A stretch of 64,000 nucleotides of DNA from Planctomycetota bacterium. GTDB lineage: Bacteria; Planctomycetota; JAJSAM01; JAJVHW01. A program made the translations under genes and the position numbers. The notes under the pieces are model-generated. The model was not told where the DNA came from and made no database searches. It saw only the letters and a program-made list of their open reading frames with translations. The first letter of the stretch is position 1. Every line of letters starts with the position of its first letter. Below, in pieces: positions 1 to 9,613 of the stretch. The DNA is taken from contig CBDFJG010000004.1 in NCBI GenBank assembly GCA_965248445.1, forward strand, positions 1,536,001 to 1,600,000, written 5' to 3'.

Positions 1-367
1 CGCCCTCGCCGTCCGTGTTCAGCTGTCCGAGCTCCCGCCATACGAGGGGATCGCGCAACGGCCGCTCCATGCGTCCGCCGCTCGCGCCCGTGAGCTCGGC
101 CAGGCCGGCGAACTCGCCCTCGCCGTCGGTGTCCTCGTCCACGAGGGCCTCGTGGCGGAACGCCCGTTGGGCGCGCCCGAGGTCGCGCAGAACCCGGCCG
201 GGCTCACGGCTGGCGCCCTCGAACGACGGGACTTCCGTCGGCGGACCGATGGAGTCGCCGTCGGTCGGCCGGCGCTCCGCGCGGCAGCCGATCGCGGCCA
301 ACGAGAGCGCCACCAGCGCCACCGTCAACACCCACCATCCGGTCCATTTGCTGTGCGTCGTGCTCAT
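1..367 (-). CDS. Putative lipoprotein, truncated by the window edge (not in the ORF track)
   Basis: GGAGGAG RBS then ATG at 367. Translates MSTTHSKWTGWWVLTVALVALSLAAIGC (lipobox) ... DEDTDGEGEFAGLAEL, open to position 1. Confidence 0.7.
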   Translation of the reverse strand, partial: MSTTHSKWTGWWVLTVALVALSLAAIGCRAERRPTDGDSIGPPTEVPSFEGASREPGRVLRDLGRAQRAFRHEALVDEDTDGEGEFAGLAELTGASGGRMERPLRDPLVWRELGQLNTDGEG

Positions 368-512
368 CGTGCTCCTCCGGTCGGGAGGAGGTCGCAAGGG
401 CCGGGCCGCCATCGGCCCGCCTCAGGCGAGGCTCACAGCCGGCCGGATGTCGATTCCGTGCGACATCCCGGAGCCCCGCGTGGCGCTAGCATGCGCGCCC
501 CCGGAGGGCCTC

Positions 513-2942
513 ATGCGACGCACCCTGACGACGTTCCTGGTCCTGACCCTCGCCGCCACCGCCGCGGCCCAGGACGCGGCACCTGCCAAACTCGACGACG
601 CGACGCGCGCGTTCGACCAGCGCCACCTCGACCTCTCGCTGGTACTCGAACTCACCAAGGGCACGGTGCTGGGAACCGCGACGCACCGCATGGCTCCGCT
701 GCGGGATGGCGTCACACAAGTGCAACTCCACCTCGAGGATATGCAGGTCGAGTGGGTCAAGACGGGCGAGGGCACGGAGTGCGCGCACACGCACGAGAAG
801 GACGTGCTCACCATCACTCTCGACCGCGCCCGCGTGAAGGATCAGGAGTTCGAACTCGTGATCCGCTACGGCGGCAAGCCGACGGCGGGGTTGTGGTTCT
901 TCCGGCCGACCGAGGAGCACCCGGAGATCCCGCTGCAGGTGTGGAGTCAGGGACAGGGCACGGAGAACCGCCACTGGATGCCCGTCTACGACCTGCCCGA
1001 CGACCGCCTGACGACGCGGCTCGAAGTCGATCTGCCCGCAGGCCTGACGACGCTCTCCAACGGCAAGCCGCTGTTCAAGCGAGAGTCGCAACCGGGACGG
1101 GAGGTGCACGCGTGGGAGACCGGACGCGAGCACCCCCCGTATCTCGTCACTCTGGTCGCCGGTACGTTCGAGGACGTGCGCAAGGACGTGGCGGGTGTCG
1201 AGCACCACATGCTCGTGCCGCCCGGCTGGGGCGACGCGACCGACGAGATCTTCGGCCGCACCGAGTCGATGATGGCGTTCTTCGCCGACTACACCGGCCA
1301 GCCGTACCCGTACTCGCGCTACAGCCAGGTGACAGTCTGGGACTTCATGTGGGGCGGCATGGAGAACACGATGGCTACGACTCTGAACATGCGCGCGCTG
1401 CACCGCGATGGCGTGCGTCCGGACTACACGGCCGACGGACTGATCGCGCACGAGCTCGCTCACATGTGGTTCGGGGACCTGATCACGTGCCGCACGTGGA
1501 ACCACATCTGGCTGAACGAGGGGTTCGCGACCTACTTCACGGACCTGTGGGTCGAACACCACCACGGCAAGGAGGACTACGCGTCGGGGCGGCTGCGGCA
1601 GCGCGACAGCTACCTAGACGGCGCGAAGCTCCCTGCCGAGGCGAGCAAGCAGAGCGACCGCGAGCCGACGGAGTGTGGCGACGTGCAGGGGCACGCCTAC
1701 GTGAAGGGCTCGAGCATCCTCCACATGCTGCGCGGCGTGCTGGGCGACGACGTGTTCCGCGACGGTGTCCGCGGGTACGTGGCCGCTGCGCGAGACAGGA
1801 GTGTCGACTCCGAGGTCCTGCGAACGTCGCTCGAGAAGGTGAGCGGGCGGGACCTCGCCGGGTTCTTCGACCGGTGGGTGTACGGCTCGGGGCATCCGGT
1901 GCTGGACGTACGCGGCAAGTGGGACGCGGCGGCCGGAGCGTTCGTGTTGCGTGTCTCGCAGACGCAGCCCGCCACGCCGCAGATGCCGCACTTCGCGTTC
2001 CCGCTGGACGTCGAGGTCACGTGGCCGGACGGCACGACCGAGCGCCGTCGGCACGACGTGAGCAGCGCGTCGCACGCGTGGCGCATCCAGGGCGAGGGCA
2101 AGCCGCTGCGCTGGCGCGTCGACGCGGACGGCTGGCTGCTCGCGCGCATCAACGCGACGAAGTCCGGCGCGGAGTGGGAGGCGCAACTCACCGACGATCC
2201 GCGCAACACGGGGCGCGTGTTGGCGGCCCGCGCGCTCGGCGGCATGGGGCAGAAGACGGTCGAGGCCCTCGCAAAGTCGGCGGCGGGAGACGCGCGCTAC
2301 GACGTCCGCGGGGCCGCGTGCGAGGCGCTCGGCAAGCTCGGAGGCCGCCGGGCTGCGGATGCGCTGAAGGCCGCAGCTGAGGACGCCGACAGCCGCGTGC
2401 GCACTGCGGCGCTGAAGGCGCTGGGCGGCTTCCCGTCCAACTGGTCGTTCGTCACGCTCGCGAAGCACGCGGACGCCGATCCGAGCCACTACGCGTCCGC
2501 CGAGGCGGCCGCGGCACTCGGCAAGATCAGAGAGCCCAAACTGTACGACTTCCTGATCGACCTGCTGGACCGGGAGAGCCACCGGGACGTAATCCGGAGG
2601 GAGACCATGAACGCCCTCGGGTCGTTCGGCGATCCGCGTGGCGCCGCGGTTGCCCGTGAGTACACCGCGTACAAGTGGGGCAAGGGCCTGCAGCACCGGC
2701 TGCGGCATGCAGCGCTCGACGCGATGGTGAAACTCGATCCTCGTGGCGAGGAGTCTCGCGCCCGCGTCCTGGAGCTCATCACCGACCCGTACTTCCGCAT
2801 GCGCACGTGGGCCGCCGCCCACGCGGCCAACCTCGGGATCGAGGAAGCGGTTCCAGTGTTGGAGGAGGCTTTGAAGACGCACGGGACGGGCCCGGGCGTC
2901 AAGGGCGCCTATGAACGAGCGCTCGCTAAGTTACGAGAGTGA
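513..2942 (+). CDS. M1 family (aminopeptidase N-like) zinc aminopeptidase with C-terminal HEAT repeats, secreted
   Basis: GGMEN, HELAH...NEGFA motifs. Signal peptide starts at ATG 513 after GGAGG. HEAT-like helical repeats in the C-terminus. Confidence 0.9.
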   Translation: MRRTLTTFLVLTLAATAAAQDAAPAKLDDATRAFDQRHLDLSLVLELTKGTVLGTATHRMAPLRDGVTQVQLHLEDMQVEWVKTGEGTECAHTHEKDVLTITLDRARVKDQEFELVIRYGGKPTAGLWFFRPTEEHPEIPLQVWSQGQGTENRHWMPVYDLPDDRLTTRLEVDLPAGLTTLSNGKPLFKRESQPGREVHAWETGREHPPYLVTLVAGTFEDVRKDVAGVEHHMLVPPGWGDATDEIFGRTESMMAFFADYTGQPYPYSRYSQVTVWDFMWGGMENTMATTLNMRALHRDGVRPDYTADGLIAHELAHMWFGDLITCRTWNHIWLNEGFATYFTDLWVEHHHGKEDYASGRLRQRDSYLDGAKLPAEASKQSDREPTECGDVQGHAYVKGSSILHMLRGVLGDDVFRDGVRGYVAAARDRSVDSEVLRTSLEKVSGRDLAGFFDRWVYGSGHPVLDVRGKWDAAAGAFVLRVSQTQPATPQMPHFAFPLDVEVTWPDGTTERRRHDVSSASHAWRIQGEGKPLRWRVDADGWLLARINATKSGAEWEAQLTDDPRNTGRVLAARALGGMGQKTVEALAKSAAGDARYDVRGAACEALGKLGGRRAADALKAAAEDADSRVRTAALKALGGFPSNWSFVTLAKHADADPSHYASAEAAAALGKIREPKLYDFLIDLLDRESHRDVIRRETMNALGSFGDPRGAAVAREYTAYKWGKGLQHRLRHAALDAMVKLDPRGEESRARVLELITDPYFRMRTWAAAHAANLGIEEAVPVLEEALKTHGTGPGVKGAYERALAKLRE

Positions 2943-3403
2943 ACGGCAGTTACGTCCATCGGCAGACAGCAGTGCTCTGGTTCGCGTGCCTGTTGCCGTC
3001 AGTGATCCTCGCCGGGCTGGCCGCGTTTCTGCCGGCCGACGTGTCGACCGTCCTCCGATGGATCCTCGGCGGCGCTGCGGCGCTATTCGTCGTCCTCGCG
3101 CTCTCTTTCGTGTGGCTCGAGACACGGGACTCAGGCGACGCCCTCCAGGTGTGCTTTGGCCCGTTCCCGTCGTTCTCGCTGAACGTGCGGTACACCGACA
3201 TCCGGACCGCGGCGCGCGGACGGAGCGCACTGATCGACGGCTGGGGCATCCACTACATCCCCGGTCGCGGGTGGACGTGGAACCTGTGGGGTCGCGACTG
3301 CGTGGAGCTGGAGCTGAAGTCCGGCAGGCGCATCCGCATCGGGACGGACGACCCGGACGGACTGCTGGATGCAGTGATCCTGGGAACCGGCCTGCCGCGG
3401 TAG
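2939..3403 (+). CDS. Hypothetical membrane protein (2 TM, GWGIH/WNLWG motif)
   Basis: GTGA overlap with the upstream stop; two hydrophobic segments. Confidence 0.7.
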   Translation: MNGSYVHRQTAVLWFACLLPSVILAGLAAFLPADVSTVLRWILGGAAALFVVLALSFVWLETRDSGDALQVCFGPFPSFSLNVRYTDIRTAARGRSALIDGWGIHYIPGRGWTWNLWGRDCVELELKSGRRIRIGTDDPDGLLDAVILGTGLPR

Positions 3404-3414
3404 CCTGCCCGGAA

Positions 3415-4524
3415 GTGCACCGACTCACTCTCCGCGTCCTGGCCGCTCTTCTCCTCGCCGCCGCCGTCTCGCTCGCGGTGCCGTTGTCCCACGCTGCAAA
3501 GAAGCGCACGTACGTCTATGTTCACGACTCGGACGACAACGGACAGGTGTTTGCTTACCTGCTCGGGAAGGACGGCGCCCTGACGGGACTCGCCGGAAGC
3601 CCGTTCACGAGCGACGAGCCGTCGACCGGCTGCGGCGGGCAGTGCCAGACCATGGCCTATAGCAAGAAGCGCAAGGTGCTCCTGACCACGAACGAGACCG
3701 GCATCACCTCGTGGCTCGTCGGGAAGGACGGTGCCCTGACGGAGGTCGCCGGTTCGCCGTTCGCTGCACCCGAAGCGATCGGTGTTGCGGTCGTCGAGAC
3801 CAAGAAACGGGTATTCGTCTACGCCGCGCGGAACCGCGGAGCGCTCACCGGATTCGAGCTGCGGGCAAACGGCATGCTGACGCTGCTTGCGGGAACGCCG
3901 TTCGTCGTCGGCACGGACCTCGTCGGCGCCGTGGGGACCAAGAAGAGCCTCCTGTTGATCGACGAGGGCGATAGGTCGGTCTACTCGTTTGCCGTCGGAG
4001 CCGATGGCTCCTTGACCGAGGCGCCGGATTCGCCGTTCGACTTCTCGCCGAACGGGTTCGCGTACAGCGTGCACACCGACAGGAAGGGCAAGTTCGCGAT
4101 CGTCTCCGCAGGCGACGCGCTCGAGGCCCGCAGATTGAACAAGAAGACGGCTCAGGTGACGCCGGTGGCGGCCGGTCCGCTGCGTGGGGCCGTCGAGGGC
4201 GGCAACGGGCCGGCGGTCTCGAAGAAGGGCCGGATCTCGACCATCCCGTTCGGACAGGACGTGAGCGCCGACGATCTCGAGGTCTTCTCGCTGAACAAGA
4301 AGACCGGAGCGTTCACGTCGCTCGGAGTCCACACGTTGACGATGCCGGACGTGTCGGTCTACGTCTGGGACCTCACCGGCAAGGTGCTCATCTGCGCGTC
4401 CCGAGAGAACGATCAGGTGCAGACGTTCGACATCGACAAGAAGACCGGAGCGCCGACGCTGCTGGACCTCGCCGGCATGATCGGTGCCGGTGACGTGACC
4501 GACATCGAGGTCGTCAAGCGCTAG
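3415..4524 (+). CDS. Secreted beta-propeller, lactonase-family-like protein
   Basis: Signal peptide from GTG 3415; repeated DGALT.v.GSPF blade motif. Confidence 0.75.
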   Translation: MHRLTLRVLAALLLAAAVSLAVPLSHAAKKRTYVYVHDSDDNGQVFAYLLGKDGALTGLAGSPFTSDEPSTGCGGQCQTMAYSKKRKVLLTTNETGITSWLVGKDGALTEVAGSPFAAPEAIGVAVVETKKRVFVYAARNRGALTGFELRANGMLTLLAGTPFVVGTDLVGAVGTKKSLLLIDEGDRSVYSFAVGADGSLTEAPDSPFDFSPNGFAYSVHTDRKGKFAIVSAGDALEARRLNKKTAQVTPVAAGPLRGAVEGGNGPAVSKKGRISTIPFGQDVSADDLEVFSLNKKTGAFTSLGVHTLTMPDVSVYVWDLTGKVLICASRENDQVQTFDIDKKTGAPTLLDLAGMIGAGDVTDIEVVKR

Positions 4525-4527
4525 CAG

Positions 4528-4896
4528 CTACTCGGCGTCCACCGGCGACGTCCCGCTCCCGTCGAGCGGATCGAAGTGATCGTCGAAGTGGAGCCAGATG
4601 ACGCGTGAGGTGCGGAACAGGAATGGCGCGAGCACGAGCAGGAGCGCCGCGGTTGCCCCGACGATGATGAGCGGATCGGTCTTGCGCGCAACGAGCCATG
4701 CAGCGGGCGCGGCGATCAGCGCGACGCCGAGCCCGTAGCTCAGGTACATGGCGCCCAGGAAGTAGCCGGGCTCCCGCTCGAACCGCACGCCGCACGCGGG
4801 ACACTCCGGGTTCATGCGAAAGACGCCGCCGAACACGCGGCCCTCGCGGCAGCGCGGGCACCGTGCGCCGACGAACGCAGCGGTGCGCGATCTCAC
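4528..4896 (-). CDS. DUF983-like membrane protein
   Basis: RCPRC...CPACG.RFEREPGYFLGAMY followed by 2 TM; GTG start overlaps the mazG stop. Confidence 0.75.
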   Translation of the reverse strand: MRSRTAAFVGARCPRCREGRVFGGVFRMNPECPACGVRFEREPGYFLGAMYLSYGLGVALIAAPAAWLVARKTDPLIIVGATAALLLVLAPFLFRTSRVIWLHFDDHFDPLDGSGTSPVDAE

Positions 4897-5312
4897 GACG
4901 TGCCGCCGCCCTGTTCCTCGCGCTTGACGCGCTGCCAGATCGCTTCGACGTCCTCGGCGGTCTCGGCGGTCTCGTCGCCGAACACGTGCGGGTGGCGGCG
5001 CGTGATCTTCGCGGCGGCCCCGGCGATCACGTCGCCGATGTCGAACCAGCCCTTTTCCCGGCACAGTTCGGCGACGAAGACGACGTTGAACAGCAGGTCG
5101 CCCAGTTCCTCGCGGACTGCGTCCGGGTCCTTCTCGCCGCGCTCCGCAGCGGCCGCCGCCTCCGCGGCTTCGTCGAGCTCTTCGCGCAAGTAGGGGAAGA
5201 GCGTCGCGAGAGTCTGCGCGCGATCCCACGGGCAGCCGTCGGGAGCGCGAAGCCGTGCCATGATCGCAGCGAGCCCCGCAATCTCACGCTCCGGCGGCAG
5301 TTCGTCCATCAT
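4893..5312 (-). CDS. mazG: MazG nucleotide pyrophosphohydrolase domain protein (short form)
   Basis: LRAPDGCPWDRAQT, EELGDLL and RRHPHVFG motifs. Confidence 0.85.
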   Translation of the reverse strand: MMDELPPEREIAGLAAIMARLRAPDGCPWDRAQTLATLFPYLREELDEAAEAAAAAERGEKDPDAVREELGDLLFNVVFVAELCREKGWFDIGDVIAGAAAKITRRHPHVFGDETAETAEDVEAIWQRVKREEQGGGTS

Positions 5313-5404
5313 CTTGCGAATGGTACAGCGCCCCACATGTCAACGGCGTCGCTACCAATCGCGTCAACAGCGTCAGCTGTTGAGCCAGACAACACCGATC
5401 CTGC

Positions 5405-6709
5405 TCAGTCCCTGAGCAGGATCGACCGGGTCTCGCCGTCGCGCTCGATGACCAGCCGTCGGGGGGCTTCGGCGCGCGGGCGGATGCGGTGTCGCATCAG
5501 GTAGCGGACGATGCTCTCGCCCTCGATGCTCATGACGTGATCGCCGACGCGGAGCCCCGCTTCGGCGGCCGGGCTCTTGCCGTCGAGGGTCATCACGACG
5601 ACCGGCGGGAGCGCCGGTGTCTCGGTGCCGGAGGGAGCCGGGTCGAGACGCAGCATCGTGCCTGCGATCGGCGCCACCGTCGGCAGCGCCGGCATCTGGA
5701 ACGGTGCGAGTGTGACGCGATGCGAGAAGCGACGGCCGCCGCGTTCGACGTCGACCGTCACCGAGTCGCCGACGGATCGGCGCAGCAGTGCGCGCGTGAG
5801 ATCCTCGAGACTGCTCACGACCGTGTCCTCGACGGCCACGACGCGATCACCCTCGACGAGGCCGGCCTTCTCGGCGGGGCTGTCCGGCACGATCTGGTCG
5901 ACGCGGCTGCCGGAGGACCCGACCACGACCCCGAGCATTGGACGCGGCACGGGCTTGTTCGCGATGAGCGCGCGAGCGGCAGCGGCGAGATCCTCGCCTC
6001 GCACGAAGAGCGTATTCGGCCGCGGCGTGGTCCCGGTCCCCGGGCGGCTGACCTCGCGCACCGCCATGCCGAGCAGCCGGCCGCGGTCGTCGAGCAGCGG
6101 GCCGCCCGCCGCACCCGGACGCAGCGCGAGCGGCGCCGCGAGGTAGCGGTCGTAGCTCGTTGCATGCGCTTCCGTCGGCCGGAACGTGGCCATCTGGACC
6201 TCGGCTCCGCGGTCTCCGCAGTGCACGAACCACCCGACCGACGGGCCGCTGATGGGCGCGGTGACCGTCTCGTCGAGCGGGCGGCCCTCGCGGGGCGCCG
6301 CCGTACGAAGCAGCGCGGCCTGGAACGGCCCGTCGAAGCCGACCACGCGCGCGTCGTGCGCACGGCCGTTCGCGTACCGCACCTCCACGTGTGCCGCGTT
6401 CTGGAAGAGCGAGAGCGTCGTCAAGATGTGGCCGTCCGCGGCAACGAGGATGCCGGTGGCCTGCAGCGGATCGGGCCGCGCTCCGGGCAGCATGATCGTC
6501 AGCCCCGGAAAGGCCAGTTGCGGTACGGCGTGCGAGCGCGGTGTAACGGTGACCGTGACGACAGCGGGCCGCGCGCGATCGAGGACCTCGGAGGTCTGGG
6601 CCTCGATGCGCGCGGCCTGGGCGGCCGGAACGTCGTTTTCTTGCGCGCGGGCGGGAGACGCGGTCGCCGCGGCGACGGCGGCGGCCACCGCGAGTGTGGC
6701 GGACCTCAT
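5405..6709 (-). CDS. HtrA/S1C-like protein with two PDZ domains, apparently catalytically inactive
   Basis: Signal peptide; trypsin-like scaffold (ATGILVAADGHILT, PGAAGGPLLD); two PDZ domains (SPAEKAGL, SPAAEAGL). Confidence 0.8.
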   Translation of the reverse strand: MRSATLAVAAAVAAATASPARAQENDVPAAQAARIEAQTSEVLDRARPAVVTVTVTPRSHAVPQLAFPGLTIMLPGARPDPLQATGILVAADGHILTTLSLFQNAAHVEVRYANGRAHDARVVGFDGPFQAALLRTAAPREGRPLDETVTAPISGPSVGWFVHCGDRGAEVQMATFRPTEAHATSYDRYLAAPLALRPGAAGGPLLDDRGRLLGMAVREVSRPGTGTTPRPNTLFVRGEDLAAAARALIANKPVPRPMLGVVVGSSGSRVDQIVPDSPAEKAGLVEGDRVVAVEDTVVSSLEDLTRALLRRSVGDSVTVDVERGGRRFSHRVTLAPFQMPALPTVAPIAGTMLRLDPAPSGTETPALPPVVVMTLDGKSPAAEAGLRVGDHVMSIEGESIVRYLMRHRIRPRAEAPRRLVIERDGETRSILLRD

Positions 6710-7335
6710 CGTGCGCCGTTCCCCAGGATGCCGAGCTCGAACGGCGAGACGCCGGCGCCGGCCGGTGCTCCGGCGGGGGTCGCGCGCAGCACGCCGTCGC
6801 GGAAGTCCGACTCCGGGGTGATCAGGTTGATGCGCTCCGCAACCCGCTCACCGGACTTCAACGCACCGGCCCGGCCCGCACTCGGGAGCATCGTCATGTG
6901 GATGCCGGCCGTGGCGGGCGGCTGGAAGAGCAGCTCGGTCTGTGCGACGGAGGCGCCACGCTTGCGGGAGTCCGCCCGCTCGCTCACGTTCTCGACGGTG
7001 CTCGCGGCGGCGAGCACGGCCGCTGCGGCCAGTCCGCTCGCGGCGGCCCAGCGCGCGCCGGTACGCAGCACCCGGAGAGCGGGCGGGGTCGGCGCTGGCT
7101 GGAACGCGTCGGGCGGGAGAGTCTCGATCCGCTCGAGGATGCGGTCGAACACGCCGATGGGAACGGGGACGTCGCCGTATGCCGGCAACGCCTCGGTGAC
7201 CGCGCGAACGGCCTGGGCCTCGTCGCCGCACGTGGTGCACGAGTCGACGTGGGCGCGCACCTGCTCGTTACGGCGTACAGGCAGAAGACCGCTGACGTGG
7301 TCGTCGATCAGCTTGCGAACGCGAGAACAGCGCAT
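6706..7335 (-). CDS. zf-HC2 anti-sigma factor
   Basis: N-terminal C...HVDSCTTC zinc motif, one hydrophobic segment, directly downstream of the ECF sigma gene. Confidence 0.8.
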   Translation of the reverse strand: MRCSRVRKLIDDHVSGLLPVRRNEQVRAHVDSCTTCGDEAQAVRAVTEALPAYGDVPVPIGVFDRILERIETLPPDAFQPAPTPPALRVLRTGARWAAASGLAAAAVLAAASTVENVSERADSRKRGASVAQTELLFQPPATAGIHMTMLPSAGRAGALKSGERVAERINLITPESDFRDGVLRATPAGAPAGAGVSPFELGILGNGAR

Positions 7336-7384
7336 GTCGTGTGTCCGTCCGATCCTTTGTCCAATATCGCGGCGGTGTCGCCGC

Positions 7385-7972
7385 TTACTCGGTCGCGAAG
7401 GGTGCCTCGGCCCGCTCGGGAGCAAGGCCCTTGTCCCTCAGCGAGAAGTACAGCTTGTGCTTTGCGCGACGCAGACAGTTCTGCACCGTGCGCGGCGTCA
7501 GCCCGAGCACTTCCGCGATCTCTTTGAACGTCATCCCGTGGTACTGGCGCAGCAGTACGACCGTGCGCTCGCGATCCGGCAACTCGTCGATGAGCCGCCG
7601 TATCGTGGCACCGGTGTCCTGCTCCTCGACCTGAGCGGTGGCGTCCGGCATCGAGGAGGCGAGAGTCGCGCTCCACGTGCTGCCGTCCCGTTCACCGGTC
7701 TGTGTGACCGGCACGTCGAGGGATGCCATCGCCCGGTACTTCCGGGCACGCAAGTGGTCGTAGGCAAGGTTCGTGCAGATCCGGTACAGCCAGGTGCTGA
7801 CCTTGCCGCCCCGCTTGAATGTCTCGGCCCGCGCGTACGCCCGGACGAAGGTCTCCTGAAGGATGTCCTCCGCCCATTGGCGATCCCCGACCAGCCGATA
7901 CGCCAGGTTGTAGAGGCGCTTGGAGTTCGCCTCGTAGATCTGGCGGAGGTCGTCCGGGTTGCGTAGGTCCAT
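7385..7972 (-). CDS. ECF RNA polymerase sigma-70 factor
   Basis: AEDILQETF...STWLYRICTN (region 2) and LPDRERTVVLL...TFKEIAEVLG (region 4). Confidence 0.92.
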   Translation of the reverse strand: MDLRNPDDLRQIYEANSKRLYNLAYRLVGDRQWAEDILQETFVRAYARAETFKRGGKVSTWLYRICTNLAYDHLRARKYRAMASLDVPVTQTGERDGSTWSATLASSMPDATAQVEEQDTGATIRRLIDELPDRERTVVLLRQYHGMTFKEIAEVLGLTPRTVQNCLRRAKHKLYFSLRDKGLAPERAEAPFATE

Positions 7973-8092
7973 AGTTCGATTCGGGGTCCCCGGGAGTGCA
8001 GACCCCCGGTCACGGGATGGGACGGACAACCTGCCCTCCGGGTGAAGCCGATTAGCCTCTTTTTCGCCCAGAAACGGCCGACTGACCACTCC

Positions 8093-8121
8093 TTGGACAC
8101 TTCTGCGGCCGGAGTGGTTCC
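8093..8121 (-). promoter_or_regulatory. Putative ECF (sigmaE-like) autoregulatory promoter
   Basis: Minus strand GGAACCA-N16-GTCCAA, about 120 bp upstream of the sigma ATG; matches the GGAACtt-N16-GTCnAA layout. Confidence 0.55.
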
Positions 8122-8185
8122 GGGAACGCGATCCGCGGCAGCCGCGTGCGCCGCGAATTCGAGCCTGAGAGGGTACGCTCCACCG

Positions 8186-9556
8186 GTGCCTCGCCGTGCC
8201 GCCCTCGCCGTTCTCCGGTCCGTCGACCGAGGCGGCGGTCTGGCCCGAGAATCTCTCGAAAAGGAGGCCGCCCGGTTGTCGTCGCGAGACCGGGATCTCG
8301 CCAGCGAGCTGACGTTCGGGACGATCCGCCGCCAGGAGACCCTCGACCACCTGCTCTCCCGGCACCTCCGCAAGCCGATCGGCAAGGCCCACGGGGCCGA
8401 CCGCGCCGCGCTGCGTCTGGGGGCGTATCAACTCGTCTGCCTGTCCCGCATTCCGCAGCCGGCCGCGGTGCACTCGACGGTGCAGGCGGTCAAGGCCGCC
8501 GGCCGTCCGGGCAGCTTCGTGAATGCCGTGCTGCGCAAGCTTGCGGGTGAGATCGACGGTCGGGGATTGACCGGTTGCGAAGACCGCGACCCGCGCCAGG
8601 TGGTCCCGCTCGAGGGCGCTACCGCGACGCTGTTTCGCGTGCCGGTGCTGCCGCCGCCCGAGGACCTCACCGCGCATCTGGCTGCTGCGTACTCCCACCC
8701 GCCCTGGTTGGTGGACCGCTTTCGGGCGGAGCACGGCGACGACGCGGCGCTCTCGATTCTGCGTGCTGGGGTCACGCGGCCGCCGCTCTCGCTGCGCCCA
8801 GCGCCGCAGCACGCCGACCAACTGCGTGCGGCGCTCACCGAGGCGGGTCACGAAGTCGAGGACGAGGGGCGCTGCCTGTTGCTTCGCGGTGCGGGCCGCG
8901 TAACGGCGTTGCCTGGTTTCGACGAGCGCTGGTTCGCGGTGCAGGATGCGACGGCGGCGGAGGTCGTCGAGGCACTCGATCCCGCACCGGGCGCGGCCAT
9001 CCTCGAACTCTGTGCAGCGCCGGGTGGCAAGACCGTCGAGTTGGCGCAACGTGTCGGGCCGGGCGGTGCAGTGCTCGCCGTCGATCTCCCCGGACCCCGG
9101 ACCGAGATGCTGCGGCGCGAGATCGCGCGCCGCGAACTGGGCAACGTGGCGGTGCTCGCAGCGGACGCCGCGGATCCGGACGTACTGCCGCGCCGCGCAG
9201 CGGGCCGCTCGACCAACGGATTTGACGCGGTGCTGATCGACGTGCCCTGCTCGAACACCGGGGTGTTCGCCCGCCGTGTCGAGGCGCGCCGCCGCCTCGA
9301 GGGGCCGGACCGCATCACGATGCTCGCCGAGCAGGCGGCGCATCTTCTGCTGGTCGGCGCGTCCCGCGTGGCTCACGGCGGCAAGCTGGCCTACGCCACG
9401 TGCTCCATCGATCGCGAGGAGAACCGTGCGGTGGTCGACACGCTCCTCACTGAGGACCGCGCGTTCCGACTGGTTCTCGAGAAGATGGTGCTGCCCTCCG
9501 CGGGCCGCCGTAGCGGCGGCTACGTCGCGATCCTCCAGCGTACGAACGCGCAATAG
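8186..9556 (+). CDS. rsmB: 16S rRNA m5C967 methyltransferase RsmB/Sun (NusB-like N-domain)
   Basis: ALRLGAYQL, YSHPPWLV, VQD, ELCAAPGGKT, DVPCSNTG and YATCS motifs; start codon uncertain. Confidence 0.88.
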   Translation: MPRRAALAVLRSVDRGGGLARESLEKEAARLSSRDRDLASELTFGTIRRQETLDHLLSRHLRKPIGKAHGADRAALRLGAYQLVCLSRIPQPAAVHSTVQAVKAAGRPGSFVNAVLRKLAGEIDGRGLTGCEDRDPRQVVPLEGATATLFRVPVLPPPEDLTAHLAAAYSHPPWLVDRFRAEHGDDAALSILRAGVTRPPLSLRPAPQHADQLRAALTEAGHEVEDEGRCLLLRGAGRVTALPGFDERWFAVQDATAAEVVEALDPAPGAAILELCAAPGGKTVELAQRVGPGGAVLAVDLPGPRTEMLRREIARRELGNVAVLAADAADPDVLPRRAAGRSTNGFDAVLIDVPCSNTGVFARRVEARRRLEGPDRITMLAEQAAHLLLVGASRVAHGGKLAYATCSIDREENRAVVDTLLTEDRAFRLVLEKMVLPSAGRRSGGYVAILQRTNAQ

Positions 9557-9613
9557 CCGCACGTCCGCTCGAGCCCGGTTCGGGGTCGCACCCTCGCTCC
9601 ACAATGGCCGATC

